DNA of 64,000 nucleotides from Monocercomonoides exilis PA203 (taxonomy: Eukaryota > Protista > Preaxostyla). The position numbers were made by a program, and so were the translations under genes. The stretch is taken from NCBI GenBank assembly GCA_001643675.2, contig LSRY02000035.1, positions 62,001-126,000 of the forward strand. The letters are read 5' to 3'. Below, piece by piece: positions 39,979 through 55,275 of this stretch. The notes under the pieces are model-generated. The model did no database searches and was not told where the DNA came from. It worked only from the letters and a program-made list of their open reading frames with translations. The first letter of the stretch is position 1. Every line of letters starts with the position of its first letter.

Positions 39979-40105
39979 TCTTACAATACAGTGTGGCTGT
40001 GGAAACAGACAGTTTATTAATAAATGCGATGCAAATGCACATGGACAAAATGTTATGCATAATGGGCGTTGCCATCTTGCAGCTTTTAATTCCACAAAAA
40101 TTTGA
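38441..40105 (+). CDS. Multi-exon acidic protein with a C-terminal Kazal-like domain
   Basis: Splicing 39908/39993 gives GVCEVQPMKMLCERLPKATVCGCGNRQFINKCDANAHGQNVMHNGRC. The N-terminus is hydrophobic; the 5' exons are approximate. Confidence 0.6.
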
Positions 40106-40352
40106 GCGGGAAAAAAAATGAAGTGAGTATGAAATATCTACTGAATATATGAAAAATTTTTTATTTTATCAATTTATCGACAAAAATTAACTAAGAATTT
40201 ATTTTTTTCTTAAAATATATTAGTTAAGGTTTATTTTCAATATCGATACCAGAATAATAAAAATGAAAACATGAATTTCTGTAATTTTTATTTTTTGAAT
40301 TTGATGCTTTAAGAATGGGTATCTTGATCCATTTTTACTTTCAAATTTTGAA

Positions 40353-42395
40353 ATGTCGAACTTTGATGTGAAAGAAGTTGTTTACGCAAAATCTGGTGCT
40401 TGCTATTATAAAGCAGTAATTCTTGAAAACAGAGTTGTTGATGGCAAAACTGAATATAAGATTCACTATTCAGGATGGAGCTCTCATCATGATGAATGGG
40501 TTGCAACTGCTAGATTGATGAAGGATACTCCTCAAAATCAAGCGCTGGCAAAAAAAGTTTATCAAGAGGCATTGAAGAGTGCTGCAAGCAAAAAGCAATC
40601 TTCAAAGAAAGGAAAAAAATCAAAGAAATCAAATTCTTCAAAAGATGAAGATGATGAGGAATCAGAAGATTCAGATTCAGATCATGAAGACAGAAAAGAA
40701 AGTCTGATTATCCATGCTTTGATTATTGTTGTAAACCTGCCATTCATTTATATTTTAATTATTTTTTTGAAATGTTATTTCAAATTTTTATCTTTTTTCT
40801 TTTCAAAATGTTTCGATTCTTTCAATGCGCTTTATTCAAAAAAGGGAAAAAGTTACGCAGTAAATCGACTTCGAAGGCTGGAAAAGACCGTAAAAGTGGA
40901 TCAAGTGGCAGCGAAAGAAGAGCAAAAAGCTCAACAAGAAGAGCAGAAAAAAGAACAGCAAAGGGAAATGAAAAAGATGAAGAAAGTTCAACACGTTCAA
41001 GAGCAAGTGGAAGATCACGAAGAGCTTTGAGAAGAGGCGGAGATGCAGAAGATGACTTGAAGAACTATGAAAGTCGTGTTCCAAAAGTTTGAAAATAATC
41101 TTTAATTACAAAAAAATATGTCAATTGCTGTTATCTTTTATCCTTATTATTTTTAAATGAATTGCTTTTTGAATGATAATTATTTTTTTCTACTAAGGGA
41201 TTTTTGAAAGAGATCTTATTGCCAGTTCTGAAAGATCATTTTCTGAATGACATGCTGAAGACCACCATGAAAGGAGAAGTGTGCCTCTATAAATCTGCTT
41301 CATTTTTCAATATAAGAATTATTATTTTTTATTATTTAATTTTCTCCCTCCCTTCCCATCAACCATTTCGATCAGACCATTAAATCCCCCTGCTCGCCCA
41401 ATGTGCGTGAGATCCTGTGCTCCTACATCATCGACCGTGTCATCAAGGATTTCGACGGAAAAATTCTGGAAGCAGGCGAAGTGCTGAATTTCTCCGATGA
41501 GGTGGAAAAATACTTCAACGTGTTTCTTGTGCAGTTTCTGGTGTTCAAAGAGGAAGAAGCGACGATCCAGAAAGTGGAAGGCGAGGTGAAGGAGAACCAG
41601 CTGCAGCTGGCAAAGTCGGAGCTGCCGAAGAAGACGCTGGGGCAGATGGCGAACGACTGGCTCGAGGCACATGGTGATGCAGACTCAGCTGTGCAGTATT
41701 TGCGTGCCCTGCGCGAGGCTGCACAGAAAGCGAGCGCGGAATGGGAAGTCGAACCTGCAGCCGCATCTTCTTCTTCCTCTTCCTCTGCTTCTCCTTCTGC
41801 TGCTGCTGCTTCATCTCCTTCATCGTCATCGTCATCTTCTTCTTCTGCTTCTCCTTCATCATCGTCTCCATCAGCAGCTGCAACAACTACAACACCTTCT
41901 GCCTCTTCATCCTCCTCCTCCTCGTCTTCCCCTTCTTCTGCTGCTCTTCTGAGTGGAGGCGACGTGACTGTAAATGTGCCATCAACCGTGTCGACATTCG
42001 CAGAATTCTTCGGAGCTGAGCATCTTTTGCGTCTGATGGTGAAGTTGCCGTCGCTCATCGACCGGATGGAAGACCTGAACGACCAGAAAATCAAAGACGA
42101 CATCAAACGCAACCTGGCAAAATTGGCTGAGTTTGTAAAAATTTTGAAAAAAATTTCTTCTTCTTCTTTTTTTCCCCTGTCTCTCTTTTTGTATGAGAGA
42201 ATGCTTATTTTTAATTTTATTACTATTTTTTTTTTAATAAATGATGTTTATTTTTCATATTTATTTATAATTATTCAATATTTATTTCATTTTATTTCTT
42301 TCCTCAAAAATTTGATATTATTCCATAAAATAATTTTTTGTTCTTTCAGATTTATGGGCAAGCACAACGGACTTTTGTTCGGGGAATCTTTGTAA
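40353..42395 (+). CDS. EAF3: MRG15/Eaf3 family protein (chromo barrel + MRG domain)
   Basis: YYKAVIL...YKIHYSGWSSHHDEWVATARLMK (chromo barrel). PARPNVREIL, VEKYFNVFLVQFLVFKEE and FGAEHLLRLMVKLPSLI (MRG). Several introns. Confidence 0.92.
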
Positions 42396-42869
42396 CCAAA
42401 TTCGGAAATGCTTTTTATTAAGCCTATCAAATAACTCATATCTTTTATATCTTCTTGATGATGCTTCCATTCTTTTTAATTTTTTTTAATCTCTTCATCC
42501 CACAGTACTTCTTAACAACGCTCCCTTCATAAAAGAACGATGAATTTCTCTTATTAAGTAATTTGTTCTTTAAAGTCGCTTTTTTTAATTACGCTTCCTT
42601 TTTCCACTGATCTTTTTTGAAACTTGTAAGTTCTTGTTTGTTCCATTACAACTTTTGAGAAAGTAGTTTCAAGTGCATTTACATTCTTCTTTTCTCTTTT
42701 TCATCTTGGCAATAAATTGATCTCAGTGCTCCTCATAAAAAAATTTATTAAATTTGTTTCCCGAGTGATATGTGAAAATGGAAAAGTTTGATTTCCATTA
42801 AGAAATGGAAAAATTTTTGAATATTCAAAATATGGGATTTATTAAAATTTATGGTTAAAGATCATAAAA

Positions 42870-43505
42870 ATGTTTGCAAAAGTGTTGGTTTTGTTATTTG
42901 CACTGTATCGTGCTGAAGAAGAAGAATTTGAAGTGCTTCCAAATGGAAAAATGGCCGTTGGAACATTTTTGTCAAAATTGAAGCGTGTGGCTAACAGCTA
43001 CAAAACTGTGTATGGATGGGGAACCTTTGGACAACCCTTGTCACAAAACCTTATCAACCAGAAAAGAAACCAATACCCAAGCTGGTGGAATGCCAACAAA
43101 TGCGCACAAATGCAAAAGTTGCTCGGACAAGGATATTTCTGCTTCGATTGTGTCGGTTTGATCAAGGGAACGCTGTGGGGATGGAACGGAGATGCCAGCA
43201 AAGCTAATGGTGGAGCAAGCTATGGATCAAATGGAGTTCCCGATATCTCAGCTGATTCCATGATCAACTACTGCTCTGGTGTCTCAACAAGCTTCAAAAA
43301 TCTTGTTGCAGGTGAAGCACTTTGGATGAAAGGACATATTGGAGTATATATTGGCCAAGGAATGGCAATTGAGTGCACTCCAGCTGGATCAAACAATGTT
43401 CAATACTCATATGTTCAGATGGACAAAGCTAATTCGAGAACAGAACTTGATGGATTAACTCGTCGCTGGACCAAGCATGGCAAGCTTCCATACGTTCAGT
43501 ATTAA
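42870..43505 (+). CDS. Secreted NlpC/P60-like cysteine hydrolase resembling Firmicutes/phage endolysin domains
   Basis: Signal peptide, YGWGTFG, FDCVGLIKG, PDISADSM, GHIGVYIG..AIECT and WTKHGKLPYVQY. Intronless. Confidence 0.8.
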   Translation: MFAKVLVLLFALYRAEEEEFEVLPNGKMAVGTFLSKLKRVANSYKTVYGWGTFGQPLSQNLINQKRNQYPSWWNANKCAQMQKLLGQGYFCFDCVGLIKGTLWGWNGDASKANGGASYGSNGVPDISADSMINYCSGVSTSFKNLVAGEALWMKGHIGVYIGQGMAIECTPAGSNNVQYSYVQMDKANSRTELDGLTRRWTKHGKLPYVQY

Positions 43506-44082
43506 GAAGCTACCGTGAAACTCATAATTTGTTTTTAATTTTTTTTTTATTTTTGTTTCTTAATTGGTTTTTTATATGCAAAGTTTGTTTTTGAAGAAAG
43601 AGTTCCATTCTTGAAAAGTTATTTTGTTTTCAGATCAAAAGATCAGAGGTTCATTGCGCTAATTCATATTTTTTTTGTCGGTTAGAGTTTTGTAACACAT
43701 TTGACCATTAAACATTAAAAATTTTTTCAAACTTAAAAAAAAATCTGAATGAAAAATTGCAAACACTTGGATGAAATTAGCAAATCGGGAAAATTTTTTG
43801 CTTTTATAGAAAAAACCACTGTTTTTTCCCAAAATTATCCTGCTTACAAATAATAATAAGTGTAACTCAATTATGAATAAAATTCAGAAAAATATTTGAA
43901 TAACGAAAAGTATCAAAAATGTTGCACGGAACAAAATTTTGAAAGCTAAAAAATTCGTACCAAATAGTTAAAGAAAAAAAAAAAAAACATGACAATTTTG
44001 GAAGTTTGGAAGATAAACAATGAATAAATAAATTGAAATGAATTTTATACGAAATGAAAGTTATGATTCAATATCAAAAAAA

Positions 44083-47000
44083 TTAGCTCATTTCTCTCAA
44101 AAAGTTCAAAATGGCTTGAGTTCCCTTTTGTGTGATTGCCCTTCTTGGAAATACAAGTGGGTTGCCATCAACCAATAAAGATCTCTATTTTAAAATTTTA
44201 TTTTTTTTAAAAAAAAAAATAAAAGAGAACATAATCAATTGTAACAGTAAGTGAAGTTGAGAAAAAATAGAAAAAGAGACAAACCAGTTGAGGTAATTCA
44301 GTGAGTTGAGATACAAGCCTTGTTATTCCATTGTTTGATCTAAGAAAACAAGCAAGCAAATAAATTATTCAAAATACATAGAAAATCAAAAAGCAATTGA
44401 GAATTTCAACAAACATATTCAGCTGCTCCAAATTCTGCAAAGAGTTGATCTCAGCCGGAATCTTCCCAATTTTGTTATCATTCAAAAATAAGTTTCTAAG
44501 CGCTGTCATTTTCAGAATTGGTACCGGAAAAACGGTCAGCCCGCAAACAGAAAGATCGAGCGAAGAAAGGCTGGTTGACCACACACAGACAGGAGGAGGG
44601 GCGTTCATCAGAGTGAAAAAGGAGAAGGAAGAAGAAGAAAGAGAAGAAGAGGAAGAAAGAGAAGAAGAGGAAGAGGAAGAGGAAGAGGAAGAAGAATGAG
44701 GTGTTATATCAGCTGATGTGGCAAAAGGAGGAGTGACTCGATGAGACGCAGAAGAGAAAGAAGAAGTTGTTCTGTTGGAAGATGCCGGCAGAGCAAACAG
44801 CTTCGGATTGGCTGCTAAGTTTAGTGTTGTCAGCGGAATTGAAAAGAACTGGGAGAAAAAAAAAGATTTGATAAAAAGAAAGAAAGAAATAAAAATATCA
44901 CATGAAAAGATTTGATAAAAAATTGTTAATTATTTCGAAAAAAATATGAAATTCAATAAAAAAACAAGTGCTTGAATCAAAAAAGATTATCAAAAGTATT
45001 TTCTTAATGCATATAAAAGTTTCATCAAAGTATAAAAAAATATAGAAACAAAGAAGAATTTAAAATAACTTCCTCTAATTTCTCCATCCTCTTTCTCTTT
45101 TCCCTTTTCTCCTCTCTCTCTTTCCCCTTTTCCCTCTTTTCCCTCTTTTCCCTCTTTTCCCTCTTTCCCTCTATCTCCCCACACCGATTCTGGCAGTGTA
45201 CTCAATCTATTTCTCACTGCAACCACCTCCTTCAAACACGGCGCCTCTACCATTTCACTCGGAAACGTCGCAAAATTGTTCTGTGACACGTCAATTGTCT
45301 GCAGCACAGCAAACAGCCCAAACGGAAACAAGGTTAAATTATTGCTGCTCTGATTTTGTGCTCCTTCTCTCTTTCCCACCCCCAAATTCGAACGTGCAGA
45401 AGCAAAACGAGCAGAACTCGACGCCAAACCAGAAGCAGAAGCAGCTGAACACGAAATGGTCGGCCCCACAAGAAACGACTCCAGCTGGTTTTTGGACAAG
45501 TTGAGTGTTTTGATGCGGGCACAGGCTGTTTGCACGGCGTCTGGGATGAAAATGAGTCTTCTCTCAGACAGCAAAAGAGACTGGGAAAGATGGGCATCGC
45601 GAACAACCTCGACAATCTCATCGGCTTTGGCTTGGCGCGCAGCAGCGACTGGAATGGAGGAGAAGGCGAAGGAGGAAGAAGAAGAGGAGGAGGAGGAAGA
45701 AGAAGAATGTGTTGCAGAAGAAAGAGAACGAGATGAACGAGAAGGAAAAGAAGAAGAAGAAGAAGAAGAAGAAGAAGAGCCATATTTCCTTTTCTCTTTC
45801 TCGTCATCATCATCTTCTTCTTCCTCTTCCTTCTCCCTCTCCCCTTCTCTCTCCATCTCCTCCCCAACAGCCCTCCTCTTCTTCTTCTCCATCTCCTCTG
45901 CAAATATCTCCACATCCTCCTCTCTCATCCGCATCTGCAGATACTCCATAATTGCAGGTGTTCCTTGTGCCAGCACTGCCTGCCGCATCGCCCTCAGCTG
46001 GTTCCCTTCCACCTGCAAAGACTTCAAATGCCCGCTCATCAGCCCCAGCCTCACCGGCAGCTCTTTCAGCGCATTGAGCGAAATGTCCAGCGTCCGCAGG
46101 CTTGTGAGGTCGGTGATGGCAGACGGAATGGCAGAGATTTTGTTCTCGCGGATGTGCAGGTCGATGAGAGAGGTGATGGAGAAAAGGCCATCGGGAAAAG
46201 AAGAAAGGCGGTTGCGGGAGAGGTTGATGGTGGTGAGGTTGGGGAAGGGGTTGGATTGAGGAGGGGATGATGATGAAGAAGAAAATGATGATGATGATGA
46301 TGAAGGTGAGGCAGATGATGACAACAGGGTTAATGGAGGAAATGAAGTGAGCCTGTTTTCCATAAAGTTGATTGTTTTCAGGTTCCTCATTTTGGCAAAG
46401 AGGTTGACTGGCAGAGAAACAAGAAGGTTTGTCGAAACATTCAGTTCTTCGAGAAGAGCACAGCTGCCAAGCGATTCCGGCAGTGATGTGAGGCGATTGC
46501 AGGACAAGTCGAGGGATTTCAATGTGTTTGCAAAATGAGAGAAAAACATATCTGGGATAGTGGTTAGTCTGTTGTGGAACAGGTTCAGATCACTCAACGG
46601 AGACGGAGCTGCTCCGACTTTGGGGAGATTTTCAGATTCATCTTCGTCTTTTGGATCGCTTGAAAAAGATATGTGATCGTAGTGATGATGAATGTGGGAT
46701 ATGCCGCGGAGATGGGCAGGGAGATGTGCTTCTTCATCCATTTCTGAATGATCATGAGAAATAGAGAAACTTGAAAAACCTGGGGGAAACGGCAGGGCAG
46801 GAAGTGCAGTCAAAAAGTTTTCCTTAATGTGAAGAGTTACAAGCGAAGGAAGTGTGAATAAACGAGGTGAAAGTGCATTCAACCTTTTTAAAAATTCAAT
46901 GATTATAAATCAAAATAAAATTTCACAAAAAAAGAAAATTGTTCGAGCAAACTTGTTACGATTTAATCTCAACTCTTTCAAGAATGGAAACCCAAGAAGT

Positions 47001-47266
47001 TCATCATCTGAAAGGAACTCTTCAAATTGATTATCACTTGCATCAAATAGTTCAAGTCCTTCTCCAACATTTTCTATACTCTTTGGTAAATGTGTTAATC
47101 TGTTGTTTGAAATGAATAGCTTTTTTAATTTTATGACTTCCCACCACTTTTCTTCTTCGCTGAGCTTTGAATTAATGCTGATGATATCTGCTGGTAATTC
47201 TGCAAGACCACGATTTGATAAATCTAGAGATCCACTTTTTCGAGCAAGTGAATATGTCTTTTGCAT
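44083..47266 (-). CDS. LRRC40: Leucine-rich repeat protein, LRRC40-like
   Basis: N-terminal ARKSGSLDLSNRGL...WWEVIKLKKL, many LxxLxLxxNxL repeats, and C-terminal LLVDGNPLVFPRRAITQKGTQAILNFLR. Multi-exon. Confidence 0.8.
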
Positions 47267-47630
47267 TTCCAAAACAGTAAAATATTAATTTTAATCAAAT
47301 TTCCAAATATTTAAAAAATTATATTGGGCTGATGGATTGTCATTTTTCATTATTTTGATTTCCATATTCTTTTTTGTGTTATTAAACTGTTTCTTGAATG
47401 AAATCGACAAAACCCTTGATTATTTCACAAAAAGTTCTTCGAATCATTTTCATGAAAAGCACAGGATTTATAATTGTTCATATTTCTATCTTTTCAGTTA
47501 AATTGGAAGAATCATTTCTCCATTTTAATATATCAAACTTGAATTATAGCTTTTAAACAAAATAAAACAAAAATCTTTTTTACAATCCTCATGAATACAT
47601 ATTTTATTATATATTTAGCTAACATTACTC

Positions 47631-51158
<3,528 letters not shown>

Positions 51159-52141
51159 TTTTCAGCCAAAATTTGTTTTATCGCTGAATTTCAAGATGGA
51201 ATACACTGTCCCGGAAATGTCTTCCTGTTATTATTAGATGCATTAAAAATTAAAAAAATAAGACTTTTTTAAACCAGAATGAAAACAATCCAATTAATAT
51301 AATATTGATATTAACAAAAAAAATTATATGATTCGTTAATTTAGACTTTTCATTTTTTTATCAATCCAACTGTTTTATATAAATGAACAATGTATTTCCT
51401 AACTGTGCTTTTGAAAATTGATCTCATGAAGGATCCCATTTTTTGAATATTTTGAAATTCCGTAAATGACTCTTACTTTTTTAAATTTTGTTAAGAGATA
51501 AATAAGAACATTTTATGTGAGGTTTTGAAATATAATTTAAACCTTTGCTTCGAAATCCATAACCAAGTGCTTAAACTTTATTGTTAACAACATTTTTTGA
51601 GATTGCATAATCTTTTTGTGTTTCGTTAAAATTTTGTTGAACAGTTGGAGAAAAGAAATATATATGTGAAGATTTGTTATCTACGTAATTCTGTGTTATC
51701 GACTTTGCGAAGAATTCTGTTCAAAATCATGTTATTAAAAGGTATGAGAAATATTCACTTCTTTTTCAAGAAAAAAATTTTAACCCAAATCACTGGGTGG
51801 TTTATTATTCGAAAAGTTGGATAAGAAACCAATAGATTTGGGGAAATCGTCCTTGGAGGATCCACTTTGTAAAACAGACGAGAGTTCGTGCTTTCGGCAA
51901 TGGACCTTGTCCACCTAATATTTGGTACAAAATATCATTTAATTTAAGTTTCATTTTTCATTGTTTTATCACTTTCAATTTAAATAATTAATTATTTGAT
52001 AGCATTTCTATTTCATTTCCATATTAATAAATATTTGAAACACAGATATAATTTAAAATATTTTTTTCTCACTTCGGTATTATTCAAATAAAACTTCAAA
52101 AAAAATATTCAGACATTTTACATTTTTGAAATGAAAAAGTT

Positions 52142-53092
52142 TTATAAAACAAGTTTATTGAAAAAAGGAATTCCTGAAACAACATCATCTTCAATTCCAC
52201 ACTCATTGACACCACGTTCAATTAAAAAAATACCATCCATTCCCCAATTAGTGTTCCAAGAATTAATAACTTTCCAATATTTTGTTCCGTTCTCAATTCC
52301 CCATCCGACTATTTTTACTGCGTGGTAAGCTTCAAGATCTCCGGTCAAATGATGATAAATTCCGCTTTTATAAGCAGCAAAATCTGTATACACTGCAAAT
52401 GTACCAGTAACAGGTCCATTTGTCATAATTTCCGACATAATTGCATGCTCATTTCCCGGAATTTTTGAAAAATTTTTTATTTGAAATCTTTCTTTGTCAA
52501 TTGGTATTTTTGTCTGAGGATAGCATGTTCGATTGCATTTTGGTGTTGGCCACAAATCACAACCGGGATGATTGCATGTTCCCATTTGATATGGAATGCA
52601 TTGTTCGCTCGTAATTCCATTTCCTTTGACAAAGTTATGAGCTGCAAACGTTCCACCTCCTCTGCAACCATTTGCATTGGGAGCGCATGATATGAGATGC
52701 TGTGCGGATAGTTTGGGCTTTAACAACCCTTTTGAATGAATGCAAAATCTGTCTTGTATTTCTTGAAAAGTGGAGACTGCCCAACAACTTCCACAATGTC
52801 CTTGATCATAAATTGTACCAATACTTTGACAATCAGGCCAAAATGTAATTGAATCAAAATAATCAGGAAGGTTTTTTACAATTTTTATTGATGAGAAATA
52901 TTGTTCTCTCCTTGAAGATGGTCTTGACCCACATAACATTCTAAAATCTGAAAGCGAAAGATTTTCAAATCTTTGATTAATTCCAGCAATCCACTTTTTA
53001 TTTGGATAAGAATTAATTGTACCGATTAACACATCCAAATTTAACGAGAAAAAGGAAGAAAAAAATAAAAAAACAACTCTTTTCAAACTCAT
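52142..53092 (-). CDS. Cathepsin B-like cysteine protease (C1A)
   Basis: Signal and propeptide, DQGHCGSCWAV, CRGG, occluding-loop-like CNHPGC, HAVKIVGWG, YWKVINSWNTNWG and GVNECGIE. Confidence 0.95.
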   Translation of the reverse strand: MSLKRVVFLFFSSFFSLNLDVLIGTINSYPNKKWIAGINQRFENLSLSDFRMLCGSRPSSRREQYFSSIKIVKNLPDYFDSITFWPDCQSIGTIYDQGHCGSCWAVSTFQEIQDRFCIHSKGLLKPKLSAQHLISCAPNANGCRGGGTFAAHNFVKGNGITSEQCIPYQMGTCNHPGCDLWPTPKCNRTCYPQTKIPIDKERFQIKNFSKIPGNEHAIMSEIMTNGPVTGTFAVYTDFAAYKSGIYHHLTGDLEAYHAVKIVGWGIENGTKYWKVINSWNTNWGMDGIFLIERGVNECGIEDDVVSGIPFFNKLVL

Positions 53093-53379
53093 TTCAATGA
53101 AAAATTTTAGGGATAGATCGAAGTTAGTGGATGAAGAAAATTTTCGATGTATTTCATCAAAAAAAAAAAAGATACATTAATTCTTTATACAAAGTTTGGA
53201 AGATAGGCAAATGGGTACTTTACCGGAACATCAGAATTTGCTTTATTTCATGATAAAAGTGACAATCATTGTATTAAAAATATTTGTACAAAATATTCAA
53301 GAGCGTAAATTACTCTAAGTTGAAATGAAATTTTTCAAATATATATATATATATATATATATTTTTTCAAAGTGACATA

Positions 53380-53616
53380 ATTTTTATGAAAAGTTCCTTT
53401 TGTATAATTTTCAAATAAGATAAAATTTTCATATTTCGATCACATTACTGTTCCCACTCATCAAATTTCACTGTCATGAAAATAAAATCTTGATAATGTT
53501 TATTTTTCCATTTCAGTGAAATTAAATGTGTGGGAACAGAAATGTGATCGAAATATGAAATTTTTGTCTTATTTAAAAATTTAACAAAAGGATATTTACA
53601 AAAAAATTTGGACATG
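53380..53616. mobile_element. MITE-like family A copy
   Basis: GAAAAGTTCCTTTTGT...CATATTTCGATCACATT / AATGTGATCGAAATATG...ACAAAAGGA inverted structure. Confidence 0.75.
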
Positions 53617-53778
53617 CTTTTTAGGGATGAGAAATATTTCATTTACAAAATAATTATAAAGTTGTCATTGATTTTTTTGGAAATTTTCATTTCCTTAAAG
53701 ATGATTACAAGAAAAAAGAAAACTAAATCTTTTTATCAGCGTCATCATCTCGATTTCAAATGAGTTTTTGAACCTCAT

Positions 53779-53840
<62 letters not shown>

Positions 53841-54159
53841 CCGGATAACCTTTACACCAAAAAATTTTTCCAATAAAATCCTTATACGTTTAACCAAAAC
53901 CCTTAAATAGAAGATTAATGACAATATCCTATTATCTATAATGAATATTTTTATGGAATTGAAAAACTATTTGAAACTCAATCAAATGAAAGATGACACA
54001 CAACAAAAAAGATTCACAAGTGTAATAATTTCCTATTTTTTTTCTCAGTGAAGTTAATAACAATTTCAAAGCCATTTCTTTTCATTATATTCATGAGCTA
54101 TCATTAAATTAACTTTTCTATTGAGAAAAGTTATGTTTCAGCAAAGAGAAATTTTCTGA

Positions 54160-54407
54160 TATGGCTAATTTTTATTGAAAACTTCGTTTTGATTAATTTA
54201 CAAACAAAATTTAAACTTCATATTTTCATCAATTTTCTGTTCACGTTAATCAAACTACACAGAAATGGAAATAATAACATTATAAAAGCACTGTTTTCAT
54301 TACAGGAAAGTTACGTGAGTGGGAACATAAAATTGAAGAAAATATGAAATATTTGTTTTATTTGTAAATTTAACAAAAGGAACTTTTCAAAAAAATTCAG
54401 ACAAATA
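54160..54407. mobile_element. MITE-like family A copy (diverged)
   Basis: Ends in GTGAGTGGGAACA...AACAAAAGGAACTTTTCAAAAAAATTCAGACA. Confidence 0.65.
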
Positions 54408-55031
54408 ACTCAAAAAATGTGAAAATTTTAAAAAAAATTATTATAAATAAAATTACAAAAATGGTTCCGAACAAAATTCGCGGAGAAAAATTTATCTTCA
54501 ACGCCTCTTTATCAAGGGAGTGAGCTCTGCATTATGGGCTCAGCCGGTCACAAAAGTGATGTGTTCGAATGAATGAAGTGTTTTAATAACAAAACAATAA
54601 ATGTTTTCTGTGCCTAATGGCATTCTGAGGAGTTGCAGCGTTTGGCGGTTGTCTTTGGCTCGGCTTGGGACGTAGTTTTGGCATATGGTAAACGGCGCTC
54701 GATTTAGGCCTCGGTAATCGCACTCGGCTATCAGCATCGGCTTTTGGTATAGTCTAGCTGTATACATTCTTGGTATTACTCTGGTGTGGCTTTATCTTTG
54801 GCTTGGTCTGTAGATTTCATCAATAATATCTGTGTTATTTTGACTCAATTTATCTCTTCGTCTTTCTTTCTCCTTGAATATCTCTTGCATTATTCCAGGT
54901 TGTGAATTATTTTTTTAAGGTCTTGGCTTGGGAAAAAACGGGAATGATTGGACCACGTCTGTTCGGTGGAAAATAATTTATTTGAAACACGAAGTGTGAA
55001 GCGGAGGGAGGAGCTACGCTCTGGGAGGGAT

Positions 55032-55131
55032 AAGAGGTGTTGTAGATAGATTTTTCTCCGCGAATTAAAGTACAGAGTACCTAAATTCTAGAGAAAAACA
55101 GTTATCTGCAACACCTCTTTATTAAGGGAGT
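55032..55131. repeat. DIRS internal complementary region (ICR)
   Basis: 55032-55066 is the reverse complement of the left terminus and 55063-55131 is the reverse complement of the right terminus. They are joined at a shared AATT. Confidence 0.93.
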
Positions 55132-55275
55132 ATTTTTAGTTGGGCAAATCTTTGTTTTTACATATTTCAGTGCCTATATCAGTCCTTTCTGTCTCTGGTT
55201 CTTCTCTGGTATTCTCTGGTTCCTTCCTCTATCCAGTATTATTGTCCTCTGGCTCTTCAACACTCATCGGAAGTA

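Noticed and set aside
51780-51930. GC-richer island as a possible ncRNA
   Set aside because: No tRNA, snRNA or snoRNA hallmarks could be recognised.
53780-53840. Poly(T) and poly(A) runs (also 34605 and 62540) as retroposon tails
   Set aside because: No adjoining shared SINE/LINE body or TSD is visible, and homopolymers are common throughout the window.
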